Made by a program: the position numbers and the translations under genes
In this document: positions 39,495 to 49,746 of the stretch, one piece after another
Layout of the letters: each line of letters begins with the position of its first letter
Position numbering within the stretch: the first letter of the stretch is position 1
DNA from: Lachnospiraceae bacterium
GTDB lineage: Bacteria; Bacillota; Clostridia; Lachnospirales; Lachnospiraceae
DNA: 64,000 bases
NCBI GenBank assembly: GCA_024690725.1
Contig: JAILOQ010000102.1
Span: 22,100-86,099 of the forward strand
Direction of reading: 5' to 3'
Notes under the pieces: model-generated
The model's database searches: none
Seen by the model: the letters and a program-made list of their open reading frames with translations, nothing else
Told to the model about the DNA's origin: nothing

Positions 39495-40556
39495 TTACAT
39501 TGCAAGATCAAGCTGCTGCATCGTGCCGACCCCTCCGTCTTCATATAGGAAGAAACCGGTGGACCGAACCTTTCCGTAAACACTGTTATCTTCCTGCGAA
39601 TTCAGCGAGAACTCCGTTTGTGCCTTGGCAAGACAAAGGGCCCCGACACCCGCTTCCTTGAGATAATACATTTCATCCTCACCGGCATCGTTCTTTGACC
39701 AGATGATCAGTTTGGAAAAGATCTCATCGTTCTCATCGATCCAGCCGTTGCCGTCCTCATCGTAGATTGCAAGATCCCGGAAGCCGTCACCGGAGGATGT
39801 CCCGAAAAGTTCCGAACCGTCGCCGATACGACCGTCGCCGTTTCTGTCCAGAGCCAGATATCCGTTTCCGGATTCAAGCCGGTGGAGATTCTCCAATACT
39901 CCGTCCCCGTCCAGATCGAACGTAAAGGTCTGATCCGAAAGACCGGTCAGATTCCCTTTCGTGTTGATCACCAGCGGGTCCATCATCTGAACGATCTCAC
40001 CCATGTTTTTGCTTGCATAGGTTTCTTCGAAGCTACGGCTCATCGTCGCGGAGATGTTAAAGGAAATCTCCCTTCCGTCTTCGGTGATGACCGTGCCCTG
40101 CGTAGCAAACGTCGTTGTCTCTTCCTCACGATAGTAGGAGGAATAGTTGACTTCCATCACGCTTTTTGCGGATGCGGTCTGTGCCGTCGGCGTTTGACTC
40201 ATGCAGCCATCTCCCATTTCGTTCATGCGTTCTTTCAGTTTTTCCATATCCCCGCCGAACAACCAGTAGATCAGATACTGCAGGCAACTTCTCCGAATGC
40301 GTTCGATCTCTTTTTTGGCATCGAACCCGTCGGTCTCGAAGCGGTTTGCGATATCCATGCGTTTATCGGATACCTTCTTCGCTCCTTCCTCGCTTTGCTC
40401 ATCGGATGACAAAAATCCCGCAAAGCCTAATTCATTCCCTTCCTTGGCGCTTTTCTCGGTACCGATGGTTGCGGCTCTCGCAAACACCTGTGACTGAGAA
40501 ACAGAAGCATAACTTCTGGCGGACTCCATTCCTATGGTACCGGAATAGATCTTCAA
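39495..40556 (-). CDS. Hypothetical protein with C-terminal DxDxDG-type calcium-binding repeats
   Basis: Three repeats are present: DLDGDGVLE, DRNGDGRIGDGSE and DEDGNGWIDENDE. The TTG start has AAAGGTG 6 nt upstream. Confidence 0.7.
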   Translation of the reverse strand: MKIYSGTIGMESARSYASVSQSQVFARAATIGTEKSAKEGNELGFAGFLSSDEQSEEGAKKVSDKRMDIANRFETDGFDAKKEIERIRRSCLQYLIYWLFGGDMEKLKERMNEMGDGCMSQTPTAQTASAKSVMEVNYSSYYREEETTTFATQGTVITEDGREISFNISATMSRSFEETYASKNMGEIVQMMDPLVINTKGNLTGLSDQTFTFDLDGDGVLENLHRLESGNGYLALDRNGDGRIGDGSELFGTSSGDGFRDLAIYDEDGNGWIDENDEIFSKLIIWSKNDAGEDEMYYLKEAGVGALCLAKAQTEFSLNSQEDNSVYGKVRSTGFFLYEDGGVGTMQQLDLAM

Positions 40557-40668
40557 TAAAACACCTTTCTGTCCTGTTATTTTTTACAGATATTCGGACT
40601 TATACCTGTATCTATTGTATCGGCATTTTCCTGCATCTTCTAAACCGTATTCCCCGGATCGCTTCCGG

Positions 40669-40731
40669 CAAAAAACAGGCAGATACGATACATGGCCGGG
40701 ATCCCGGCTCATATCATAACTGCCTGTTTTG
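40669..40731 (-). terminator. Compound hairpin terminator downstream of the aconitase gene
   Basis: The minus strand reads ACAGGCAG...(inner GCCGGGATCCCGGC)...CTGCCTGT followed by TTTTTG. Confidence 0.6.
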
Positions 40732-40810
40732 TATTCGCTTATATGTTTGTTCCTTCTTTGTCCGCGCGCACGGTAAACGATCCAACATGGGCGAATCGTC
40801 GAAATGCAAT

Positions 40811-43102
40811 TTAGGATACGCGGTTATAGTTGATCAGACAACCCTTTAAGATGATCTCTCTTTCCTCATCGGTAAGCTCGCCGAGCGTCATCTCGAATTT
40901 CTTGAGCGCGCCGTCTTTTACGACATATGCTTCGATCGTATCGTCCTTCTCTTCCACTGCCTTGCGGATATTGGGAAGGAAGATGTAATCCAAGTTTGCA
41001 AACGGAAGGTCACCATCCGGGATCAGGAAGGGCAGCATACCCCAGTTGATCAGGTTCGAACGATACCGCTTGGTCGCATATTCATTCGCGATGTTCGCCC
41101 AGCCGCCAAGTACCTTCTGGCAGCTCGCAGCCTGCTCTCTCGCGGAACCGTCACCCGGCTTGACCGCAAAGATCGTGGAACCGATCCCGAGATTTTCCGG
41201 TGTAACATCGTAGCTTGCTTTTACTGCGGCAAGAGCCTCGGCAAAGCCTTCCGGCGCCTCGGAGGCAAACGCAGCGTCCGCTTCTCTTGCTTTTTCCACC
41301 TTTTGTACTTCCTTGGCTCTTCCGACATATGCGGGATCCTTTCTGGAAAGCGCAAATTCCGCAAGCCCCAACGGATTGGAACGATAGGAACTGGTCTCAC
41401 CGGAAGGAATGAGCTCATCGGTCGTGGTTACGGGATCGTGGATCTCGGATACCACACGAAGCATCAAATGATCGGTCAGTGCAACCATGGCCGGCCAGTC
41501 CTTGATGTTGGGACCGAATTGGATCTCAACAGCAGGGTCTGCAACGCCCTTGGAATCAAAGACGCGATTTGCGTAGATCTTGCTGTCAAAGTGATATTCG
41601 TATTTATGCAACTGTCCGTCGAACTCGGTCGCCGGTGTCAGATAGCCCTGATTTGCGGCTGTTGCTGCGATGGATCTTGCGTCCATCAGTGCAACGGAAG
41701 AAATCTGTCCGTTCTGCAGCTTCGAACCCTCGCGGTTCGGGAAGTTTCTGGTGGAATGGCGAATGGAGAATGCGTTGTTTGCCGGTGTATCCCCCGCACC
41801 GAAGCACGGTCCGCAGAACGCGGTCTTCATAACGGCACCGGTCTCCATCAAGGTTGCGGCACAACCGTTTCTTACCAATTCCATATAGACCGGCATGGAG
41901 GCCGGATACACACTCATCGTGAACTTATCGGAACCGATGAACTTGTCTTTCATAATGTCCGCTGCGGCACAGATATTCTCGAATCCACCGCCGGCACAAC
42001 CTGCGATGATACCCTGATCGACCAAAAGCTTTCCGTTTACCACCTTATCCTGCAAACTGTAAGGCACCTGATTGTCCAAAGAAACCTTGGCTCTTTCCTC
42101 CACGTCATGAAGGACATCCTTTAAGTTTTTGTTTACTTCTTCGATCGTGTAGGTGTTGCTCGGATGGAAGGGCATTGCGATCATCGGACGGATCGCGGAA
42201 AGATCCACTTCGATCACACCATCGTAGTAAGTTACGGCTGCGGGCTTTAACTCCTTGTAATCCTCACTTCTTCCGTGAATATCATAGAAATTCTTCACCT
42301 CATCGTCCGTCTGCCAAATGGAGGACAAGCAGGTCGTCTCCGTCGTCATGACATCGATGCCGATACGGAAATCGGCACTTAAAGATGCAACACCGGGACC
42401 TGCAAATTCCATTACTTTATTCTTTACATAGCCGTTCTTAAATACCGCACCGATGATGGCCAAAGCCACGTCCTGCGGACCGACACCCTTTACGGGCGCA
42501 CCGGTCATATGTACCAAGACAACGCCCGGCATGTTGATATCATACGTCTGATTCAATAACTGCTTTACAAGCTCCGGACCGCCCTCGCCCATGGCCATGG
42601 TGCCGAGTGCGCCGTATCTGGTATGGGAATCGGAACCCAAGATCATGCGTCCGCCGCCTGCGAGCATCTCGCGCGCAAACTGATGAATGACTGCCTGATG
42701 CGGAGGTACATAGATCCCACCGTATTTCTTTGCACAGGTAAGACCAAACATGTGGTCATCCTCGTTGATGGTTCCGCCGACCGCACACAGGGAATTGTGG
42801 CAGTTCGTGAGAACGTAAGGGATCGGGAACTTCTCAAGACCTGACGCACGCGCGGTCTGAATGATCCCGACGAAAGTAATATCATGAGAGGTCAGCTTGT
42901 CGAATTTGATCTTCAGCTTCTCCATATTTCCGGACGTATTGTGTGCTTCCAAAATTCCGTAGGCGATCGTGCCTTTCTTTGCTTCTTCTTTGGAAGGTAC
43001 ACTGCCGGTCTTTGCCGCTACGGCCGCTGCCGCATCCGCATCATCGTATACCAGCTCCGTTCCGTTGATAAGATATGCTCCTGTTTCCGATAATTTCATC
43101 AT
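40811..43102 (-). CDS. Aconitase-family hydratase (aconitate hydratase, 763 aa)
   Basis: The motifs VIHQF, GSDSHT, CGPCFG and TRNFPNREG are present, with a swivel-domain [10 protein letters not shown]...[12 protein letters not shown]. Confidence 0.8.
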   Translation of the reverse strand: MMKLSETGAYLINGTELVYDDADAAAAVAAKTGSVPSKEEAKKGTIAYGILEAHNTSGNMEKLKIKFDKLTSHDITFVGIIQTARASGLEKFPIPYVLTNCHNSLCAVGGTINEDDHMFGLTCAKKYGGIYVPPHQAVIHQFAREMLAGGGRMILGSDSHTRYGALGTMAMGEGGPELVKQLLNQTYDINMPGVVLVHMTGAPVKGVGPQDVALAIIGAVFKNGYVKNKVMEFAGPGVASLSADFRIGIDVMTTETTCLSSIWQTDDEVKNFYDIHGRSEDYKELKPAAVTYYDGVIEVDLSAIRPMIAMPFHPSNTYTIEEVNKNLKDVLHDVEERAKVSLDNQVPYSLQDKVVNGKLLVDQGIIAGCAGGGFENICAAADIMKDKFIGSDKFTMSVYPASMPVYMELVRNGCAATLMETGAVMKTAFCGPCFGAGDTPANNAFSIRHSTRNFPNREGSKLQNGQISSVALMDARSIAATAANQGYLTPATEFDGQLHKYEYHFDSKIYANRVFDSKGVADPAVEIQFGPNIKDWPAMVALTDHLMLRVVSEIHDPVTTTDELIPSGETSSYRSNPLGLAEFALSRKDPAYVGRAKEVQKVEKAREADAAFASEAPEGFAEALAAVKASYDVTPENLGIGSTIFAVKPGDGSAREQAASCQKVLGGWANIANEYATKRYRSNLINWGMLPFLIPDGDLPFANLDYIFLPNIRKAVEEKDDTIEAYVVKDGALKKFEMTLGELTDEEREIILKGCLINYNRVS

Positions 43103-43134
43103 CGCTTCCTCCTGTTTTCCGTTTTATCTTTATG

Positions 43135-43164
43135 ATTATAAGTTGTTTTTGTCATTTCTGTAAA
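43135..43164 (-). promoter_or_regulatory. Candidate promoter of the aconitase gene
   Basis: The minus strand reads TTTACA-N18-TATAAT. Confidence 0.5.
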
Positions 43165-43173
43165 GGACGAATC

Positions 43174-43686
43174 TTACATATCTATCCCCAGGCCAAAGAT
43201 TCCCTCCGCAACCTGCGCAAACGGATTCTCGTAGACGATCGCATGCCAAAACCCGCTGCTCTCGGCCTGCGCCAGGATCTCTTCGTTCCAGATCGGCACA
43301 TGAAACTGTACCAAAACAGCCGCCAAAAACAATGCGACGCACGCTCCGATCAGGGCACCCGCCACCATACCGAGCGTCTTATCCACGCCGTGGATGATGG
43401 GAAGCTTCGTCAAAATCCGTAAGATGAGCAAACACACACGAAAAGCCAGGACCGCCAGTGCGTAACACAACAACACCACAACGACCCGGACCAAAATATT
43501 TTTCCCCGAAAAAAATGCCCACTGAAACAAAAAACGAAATGCCCAGGTCTTCAGTGCGATGACTACCACAATTGAAGCCACCGTACAGATCACCGGGATA
43601 CAAAGATTTACCAAACCCTGCCATCTTCCGAGTATGGCAAAAAGCACTATCAATACCAAAAGACCGATCAAATACTCATTCATCAC
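43174..43686 (-). CDS. CvpA-like small polytopic membrane protein
   Basis: It has about four TM helices, and its size and topology resemble the colicin V production protein family. It overlaps the upstream gene by 4 nt (ATGA). Confidence 0.5.
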   Translation of the reverse strand: MMNEYLIGLLVLIVLFAILGRWQGLVNLCIPVICTVASIVVVIALKTWAFRFLFQWAFFSGKNILVRVVVVLLCYALAVLAFRVCLLILRILTKLPIIHGVDKTLGMVAGALIGACVALFLAAVLVQFHVPIWNEEILAQAESSGFWHAIVYENPFAQVAEGIFGLGIDM

Positions 43687-44843
43687 TTCAGTTTTATCGT
43701 CTCCATCGCTGAGTCCCGCACGACAATAAACTTCGTCGAGCCGGAGGCGGGAACGATTCCCCTGACTCCCTCTCCAAAGGTTCCTGCATACTTTTCCACA
43801 CCGCTCTTGGTAAAGAGCAGCACCTCGCCTTCATTGTAGATCAAAACCCTGTCATCTGCGATCAGGATATCATCGTATTCCATGTTGAAGGTGCGACGCA
43901 ATACTTCCTTGGCATCGGTATTATACAAAGCGATCGTATACTTATCTTCGCCTTCGTCATTCAAAAATACAAGTCCCACGAGGCCGTCTCCGCAGTACAC
44001 ACTCTCAATGTCTTCCGGGATCTCAACCGTGGCGCGTTCATCCGGGATCTGCTTTCCGGAGTACACGGTCAAAGAATGTTCCCCGACGGCAACGGCATCA
44101 TTCTCCGTGACAAACCGCAAAAACGGGATCACACAATCATCGTGGTCAAAGCCGCTGACGATCTTATCCGTCATATTCTGTCCGACATCGCCGAAATTAT
44201 AGAAAGCCACACTGGTCTTCGCGCTCGTGCCTCCGGTCTTTAAATAGGACACGCCCATCTTCACATTGTCCGAAGACATCGTCGTGGTCAGCGGAAATCC
44301 CGTTTGCTCCATCGACGTCTTGACGGAAACGATCTGTTCCCCTTCCGAAGAGTAAATATTGAGCCATGTCGTACTCTTATCATCCAGGGTCGCGGTAACA
44401 ACGCCTTTCCCGGAAATATTCAGATCCAGGATCACAAGGTTCGTATCGATCTCTCCGCACAACCCCATTCCGTTCATAATGTAGATGCTGTTTCCCTTGT
44501 AATCTCCGACGACCACATATTCGCCGGCAAACGCAACGATGGGAGACTGCATCTCATAGGTATGATTCCAGATCTGCTCACCCTTTGCATTATAAGACGA
44601 AATACCGTCCCTGCTGTAGCAAAGGATCTGCCCGTTGTTATACGGCTTGATCACGCTGTCCGAAGCGCCGATCGTATCGGTACTCTTCACCACCTGAAAA
44701 TCCGTATACTCTCTTGCATCAAAGGAAAACTTCAGGATCAAAATGATGGCCACGATCAGTGCCAAACCAAGAACCACCTGATATGTAATTGTCAGCCTGT
44801 GCCGGACGATCCTGTCCTCCCAGCTCATTTCCTGTCTTGCCAT
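43683..44843 (-). CDS. Membrane-anchored hypothetical protein, probably an extracytoplasmic beta-rich domain (possibly DUF5711-like)
   Basis: It has an N-terminal TM helix (VVLGLALIVAIILIL) followed by repetitive beta-strand-like sequence. The family name is from memory and is not verified. Confidence 0.6.
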   Translation of the reverse strand: MARQEMSWEDRIVRHRLTITYQVVLGLALIVAIILILKFSFDAREYTDFQVVKSTDTIGASDSVIKPYNNGQILCYSRDGISSYNAKGEQIWNHTYEMQSPIVAFAGEYVVVGDYKGNSIYIMNGMGLCGEIDTNLVILDLNISGKGVVTATLDDKSTTWLNIYSSEGEQIVSVKTSMEQTGFPLTTTMSSDNVKMGVSYLKTGGTSAKTSVAFYNFGDVGQNMTDKIVSGFDHDDCVIPFLRFVTENDAVAVGEHSLTVYSGKQIPDERATVEIPEDIESVYCGDGLVGLVFLNDEGEDKYTIALYNTDAKEVLRRTFNMEYDDILIADDRVLIYNEGEVLLFTKSGVEKYAGTFGEGVRGIVPASGSTKFIVVRDSAMETIKLK

Positions 44844-44854
44844 CTGTCGCTCCC

Positions 44855-45898
44855 TTAGATGAACCGATATACCGTCTTATACGTTACCTTCTTACCGGGT
44901 AAAAGAACGGGTGTCTCAAAGTTTTTGTCATTTGCACTGTTCGGGAAGAATTGTGTTTCGAGACATACGGCATTTCTTCTGTGATACATCACATGTTCTT
45001 TGCCCAGGTGACGTCCGACAAAGTTTGCGGTATAGACCTGGATGCCGGGCATATCCGTATACACTTCCATGGTACGACCCGCCTTCTTATCACTCAAAAC
45101 GCCTGCCAGCTTTAACTTTCCGTTCGCACCGTCGATCACGAAATTGTGGTCATATCCGCCCGCCAGACGAAGTTGCGGATATCTTGCGCGGATCCGTTTG
45201 CCGATCACCTCCGGCTTTGTGAAATCCATGGGTGTGCCGATGACCGGAACGATCTTACCGGTCGGGATCAGATCATCTTCCACCTCGGTATAACCGGAGC
45301 AGTTCAGCTGAAGGGTCGACTCCTCGATCGTAGCCGCATCGTGGCCGCGCAGATTGAAATAGGAATGGTTCGTCGGATTGAACAAAGATTCCTTATCGCT
45401 CTTTCCGGTATACGTGATCTCCAGACCGTTATCCTCGGTCAGTGCGTAGGTTACGGTAAAATCACGATTTCCGGGAAGGCCGAGCTCGCCATCCTTTAAG
45501 GATACGGAAAAGGTTACGGCGTTCTTCTTCTCATCTGCCTTGGCCTTGAAAACTCTCTTATGAAGTCCCGCATCCGCATCGGAATGGAGATTGTTTGCAT
45601 TGTCGTTTACGGGAAGTTTATAGGTCTTGCCGTCGATCTTTACCTTTGCCTTTGCCGTACGATTGGAAAGAGGACCGATGGTAGAACCAAAGTAGCAACC
45701 GTTCTTGTAGTATTTCTTGATGTCGTCATAGCCTAAGACCACATCTGCCTTTTTGCCCTTCTTGTTCGGAACATAGAGATTTACGAGGATCGCCCCGAAA
45801 TTCATCACATCCGCCTGCAATCCGTTTGCATTGGCGATGGAATACAATGTGATCTCTTCGCCGTTCGGTGCCTTACCGAAATTCTTCTTTGTTATCAT
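44855..45898 (-). CDS. galM: Aldose 1-epimerase (galactose mutarotase)
   Basis: The motifs NNLHSD, TNHSYFNL, DHNF and ETQFFPNS are typical of mutarotases. Confidence 0.88.
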   Translation of the reverse strand: MITKKNFGKAPNGEEITLYSIANANGLQADVMNFGAILVNLYVPNKKGKKADVVLGYDDIKKYYKNGCYFGSTIGPLSNRTAKAKVKIDGKTYKLPVNDNANNLHSDADAGLHKRVFKAKADEKKNAVTFSVSLKDGELGLPGNRDFTVTYALTEDNGLEITYTGKSDKESLFNPTNHSYFNLRGHDAATIEESTLQLNCSGYTEVEDDLIPTGKIVPVIGTPMDFTKPEVIGKRIRARYPQLRLAGGYDHNFVIDGANGKLKLAGVLSDKKAGRTMEVYTDMPGIQVYTANFVGRHLGKEHVMYHRRNAVCLETQFFPNSANDKNFETPVLLPGKKVTYKTVYRFI

Positions 45899-45960
45899 AC
45901 TTCATTTCCTCCCACATAAACTTATCTGTTGTCTGATTTGTTATTCTATTTTGACATGTA

Positions 45961-45976
45961 GTTAGCATGGGCTAAC
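45961..45976. repeat. Copy 3 of the GTTAGC-N4-GCTAAC palindrome, abutting the recR stop codon
   Basis: GTTAGCATGGGCTAAC starts immediately after the recR TAA on the coding strand. Confidence 0.8.
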
Positions 45977-46576
45977 TTATAATTCCACGCGTCCGTCGAG
46001 CGCGCGCAAAAGTGTTACCTCATCGATATATTCCAGATCGCCGCCGACCGGTACACCGCTCGCGATCCTGGTGACTTTGATGCCGGTGGGCTTGATGAGC
46101 TTGCTGATATACATGGCCGTTGTCTCGCCTTCCAGACTGGAATTGGTCGCAATGATGACTTCCCGGACATCCGCCCCCTGCAATCTTTGCATCAGTTCTT
46201 TTAAGCGAATGTCGCTCGGACCGATACCGAGCATCGGCGAGATCGCTCCGTGCAATACATGATAGACGCCGTTAAACTTCGACGTCCTCTCATAAGCCGC
46301 CAGGTCCCTGGAATTTTCCACCACCATGATCGTCGTATGATCCCGCTTGGGATTCGAACAGATGGGACAGATCTCCTGATCCGTCAGCGTACAGCAACAG
46401 CTGCAATAACGCACCTTTTCCTTGGCTTCCACCATGGTATTCGCAAGCCGCTTCACCGATTCCTCCGGTTGATTGACCAGATAAAACGCCAGCCGTTGCG
46501 CCGACTTGTTTCCGATCCCCGGCAATGCCGACAATTCTTCAATTAAACGATTGATATAACCGCTGTACAGATCCAT
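45977..46576 (-). CDS. recR: Recombination protein RecR
   Basis: LPGIGNKSAQRLAF (HhH), a C4 zinc finger (CSCCCTLTDQEICPIC) and a Toprim domain are present. Confidence 0.95.
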   Translation of the reverse strand: MDLYSGYINRLIEELSALPGIGNKSAQRLAFYLVNQPEESVKRLANTMVEAKEKVRYCSCCCTLTDQEICPICSNPKRDHTTIMVVENSRDLAAYERTSKFNGVYHVLHGAISPMLGIGPSDIRLKELMQRLQGADVREVIIATNSSLEGETTAMYISKLIKPTGIKVTRIASGVPVGGDLEYIDEVTLLRALDGRVEL

Positions 46577-46920
46577 TAGAACGGAAGTCCTCCCAGTCCG
46601 CCTGTCAAACCGCCCATCATGGCGCTGCTTGCTTCATCCGCCTTGCGAAGCGCTTCGTTTACGGCAGCCATAATGGTATCCTGTAACATTTCCGTTTCTT
46701 CCGGATCTACCGCTTCGGGATCGATCTTGATCTTCGTCACTTCCTTTGCTCCGGATACGGTTACCTCTACGGCACCGCCGCCTGCAGTCGCACTGAATTC
46801 CTTGGACTCAAGTTCTTTCTGACTCTCCTCCATCTGCCGCTGCATTCTCTGTGCCTGTTTCATTAAATTGTTCATGTTGCCCGGCATTGCGCCACCGGGA
46901 AATCCGCCTCTCTTAGCCAT
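46576..46920 (-). CDS. ybaB: YbaB/EbfC nucleoid-associated protein
   Basis: NMNNLMKQAQRMQRQMEE...GGGAVEVTVSG is typical of the family. The ATG at 46920 lies 6 nt after GGAGG. The dnaX-ybaB-recR synteny is conserved. Confidence 0.9.
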   Translation of the reverse strand: MAKRGGFPGGAMPGNMNNLMKQAQRMQRQMEESQKELESKEFSATAGGGAVEVTVSGAKEVTKIKIDPEAVDPEETEMLQDTIMAAVNEALRKADEASSAMMGGLTGGLGGLPF

Positions 46921-46946
46921 AGCTTCCTCCAATAAAAATATTTATA

Positions 46947-48539
46947 CTATTCTTCCTCTTCCGTAATATCCATTTGAATGATCTTTGAAAGATCCACAAA
47001 ATGATTGGAAAAGGCATCCTGAAACTGATTTCTTTTGACCGAGACCTTTACCTCTTTCCCGATCACTTCGGCGATGGCCGCCTGTACGATTTCTTCCACG
47101 GAAGGTTTCCTTTGTTCTTCCTCTTTCCCGTCACTCTTTCCACCGAAAAACTTCATCGCGAAATCGTTGTCAAGATAGATGATCAATTCTCCGTTTTTTC
47201 CGAGTGTCTGTTTGCCCCTCTTTATAACCCCCTTGAGCGGTTGATCGATCTTTGTCAAGATCATCGCCCAGTTTCGGATCGCTTCTTTGACGTCCTCGGG
47301 CACCGCGGCAGGTAAGGTCGGCTTCGACAGAACCTCTCCGGCATCGCTTCCATCCGCCGGGGCAGCCCCGGATCTTACAAACACACCGCTTTCCATCTTT
47401 TCTTCCAGAACACGGATGCGTTCGAGCATGGACTCATCGTCCCGCTCCATCTCCGGCCTGCAGGCTTTTACCAGCGTCATTTCAAAGATCACACGCTTAG
47501 ACGTTGCATAGCGAAGTTTGCCGGCCAGTTCGGAAAAGATCCGTAACAGTCGTAAGACCGTTACCTGTTCACACATTTCGGATTCTTCCTTCAATTTTTT
47601 GAGATTCTCGGAAGAAACGTCCAATAAATGCTCTGCATCATCGCAGCTTTTGATCAGCATGAGATTGCGCAGATACCAGGTAAAGTCTTCCGCAAACCGG
47701 TTTAATTCGCGTCCCTGCATCACAACATCTTCCAGAATCCGGATGCATTCTGCGACATCCTCTCCCAAAATCGTACGAAACAGTTCGGACAGGATGTCCT
47801 GATCCACAACGCTGAGTACTTCCAGAACCATATCATAGGTCAGTTCCTTATCAAAATGAAAAGAAACACAGCGCTCCAAAAGGCTTAAGGCATCACGCAT
47901 GGAACCGTCGGCAAGCTTTGCGATGTAACGCAAGGCTTTCGGCTCTATCGTAACCTGTTCTTTGTCCATGAGTTCCTGTAGTCTTGCAGTGATGGTATCG
48001 ATATCGATCCTTCGGAAATCATAGCGCTGACAACGGGATAGGATCGTGATCAGCATCTTTTGAGGATCGGTCGTAGCCAAAATGAACACGGCATACTCCG
48101 GCGGTTCTTCCAAGGTTTTTAACAGCGCATTTGACGCTTGCGGGGTCAGCATATGTACCTCGTCGATGATATAAACCTTGTACTTGCCGTCTACCGGAGA
48201 GTAGGATACCTCTTCGACGATCTGGCGCGCACTGTCCACACCGTTGTTGGACGCCGCATCGATCTCGATCACGTTCATACTGCTTCCGGCCTGAATGGCT
48301 CGACAGCTCTTGCAGACGCCGCACGGACTTCCGTTCTTGGGATCCTCGCAGTTGATCGCTTTTGCCAGGATCTTTGCCACCGTCGTCTTACCGGTTCCGC
48401 GTGTACCGCAAAAAAGGTAGGCGTGACCTACCCTCTTTGTGAGAATCTGATTTCGTAATGTTTCTACGATCGCATCCTGCCCTTTTACGTCATCGAAAAC
48501 GGCGGGACGGAACTTTCTATATAATGCCTGGTAGGCCAT
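46947..48539 (-). CDS. dnaX: DNA polymerase III subunits gamma/tau
   Basis: HAYLFCGTRGTGKTT (Walker A), the Zn module CxxCxxC and the DEVHML box are present. Confidence 0.95.
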   Translation of the reverse strand: MAYQALYRKFRPAVFDDVKGQDAIVETLRNQILTKRVGHAYLFCGTRGTGKTTVAKILAKAINCEDPKNGSPCGVCKSCRAIQAGSSMNVIEIDAASNNGVDSARQIVEEVSYSPVDGKYKVYIIDEVHMLTPQASNALLKTLEEPPEYAVFILATTDPQKMLITILSRCQRYDFRRIDIDTITARLQELMDKEQVTIEPKALRYIAKLADGSMRDALSLLERCVSFHFDKELTYDMVLEVLSVVDQDILSELFRTILGEDVAECIRILEDVVMQGRELNRFAEDFTWYLRNLMLIKSCDDAEHLLDVSSENLKKLKEESEMCEQVTVLRLLRIFSELAGKLRYATSKRVIFEMTLVKACRPEMERDDESMLERIRVLEEKMESGVFVRSGAAPADGSDAGEVLSKPTLPAAVPEDVKEAIRNWAMILTKIDQPLKGVIKRGKQTLGKNGELIIYLDNDFAMKFFGGKSDGKEEEQRKPSVEEIVQAAIAEVIGKEVKVSVKRNQFQDAFSNHFVDLSKIIQMDITEEEE

Positions 48540-48553
48540 AAAACCACTCTTTT

Positions 48554-49627
48554 CTAGTCACCGAAACTGATGCCTAACATCTTTGCCTCGTGAATGATCG
48601 AAGCATCCGGCGACACATATTTTAACTTTCCGGCCACATCCTCAAGCGGTACCTTGATGATCTCGCGGTTCTTGATCCCGACCATGAAACCGTATTCGCC
48701 GTTCATGATCAGCTCGCCCGCTTCGGATCCCAACCGGGATGCAAAGACTCTGTCATACGGACAAGGGCTTCCGCCTCTTTGGGTATGTCCCGGCACGGTC
48801 ACGCGCACTTCGTAATTTGACTTCTTCTGGATCTGATCCGCAACCTCATAGGAAACCGAGGGGTAAGGATAATTCTCCAAACGCTTCTTTTGTTCCTTCT
48901 TACTCATTGCGGCAACCTCTTTCGAGATCGCACCCTCTGCAACGGCTAAGATCGTAAACTTGCTGCCTCTCTTATGACGGGCTTCGATCGCATTGATGAT
49001 GCTGTCGATATCATATGGGATCTCGGGGATCAGGATGATGTCCGCACCGCCTGCCATGCCGGCATTCAAGGTAAGCCAGCCAACCTTATGTCCCATCACT
49101 TCCACGATGAATACACGTCCGTGGGATGCGGCTGTGGTATGGATGCAATCGATCGCATCCGTTGCGATATCCACCGCACTCTGGAAACCGAAGGTCATAT
49201 CCGTTCCGTAAAGATCGTTATCGATCGTCTTCGGAAGGGTTACCACATTTAAGCCTTCCTCTCTAAGTAAGTTTGCCGTCTTATGGGTTCCGTTACCGCC
49301 GAGGATCACCAGACAATCCAGCTTCAGCTTATAGTAATTCTGCTTCATTGCCTCGACCTTATCAAGGCCGTTCTCATCGGGTTCACGGATCGTCTTAAAG
49401 GGAGTACGGCTGCTGCCCAAGATCGTTCCGCCGACCGTCAGGATGCCGGAAAAATCTTTGCTCGTCAACATTCTGAAATTGCCGTAGATCAAACCCTTGT
49501 AACCGTCTTCAAAACCGTAAATCTCTACATCTTCGTCGTGATTGCTGACGGATTTTACCACACCGCGCATTGCTGCGTTCAATGCCTGACAATCACCGCC
49601 GCTTGTTAACATACCGATTCGTTTCAT
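48554..49627 (-). CDS. pfkA: 6-phosphofructokinase
   Basis: RIGMLTSGGDCQALNAAMRG, ILGGNGT and PKTIDNDL are present. A Gly at the GGxG position suggests the ATP-dependent type. Confidence 0.9.
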   Translation of the reverse strand: MKRIGMLTSGGDCQALNAAMRGVVKSVSNHDEDVEIYGFEDGYKGLIYGNFRMLTSKDFSGILTVGGTILGSSRTPFKTIREPDENGLDKVEAMKQNYYKLKLDCLVILGGNGTHKTANLLREEGLNVVTLPKTIDNDLYGTDMTFGFQSAVDIATDAIDCIHTTAASHGRVFIVEVMGHKVGWLTLNAGMAGGADIILIPEIPYDIDSIINAIEARHKRGSKFTILAVAEGAISKEVAAMSKKEQKKRLENYPYPSVSYEVADQIQKKSNYEVRVTVPGHTQRGGSPCPYDRVFASRLGSEAGELIMNGEYGFMVGIKNREIIKVPLEDVAGKLKYVSPDASIIHEAKMLGISFGD

Positions 49628-49707
49628 GCTATACCTCCCATTCTCTGCTAAATTCTCTGTTTTGCCCGATCAAAATCCTTCTCTGTTTTCCTTCTCGCGC
49701 ACTTATA

Positions 49708-49736
49708 ATTATAGCTTATTTAACCGAAGTTCACAA
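49708..49736 (-). promoter_or_regulatory. Candidate promoter of pfkA
   Basis: The minus strand reads TTGTGA-N17-TATAAT. Confidence 0.5.
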
Positions 49737-49746
49737 CGCATTTTCA

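Noticed and set aside
40166-40849. A 227-aa plus-strand ORF spanning the 39495-40556 gene and the following intergenic region.
   Set aside because: It runs antisense to a gene that has good SD and terminator signals, then crosses a terminator hairpin. Nothing supports it as coding.
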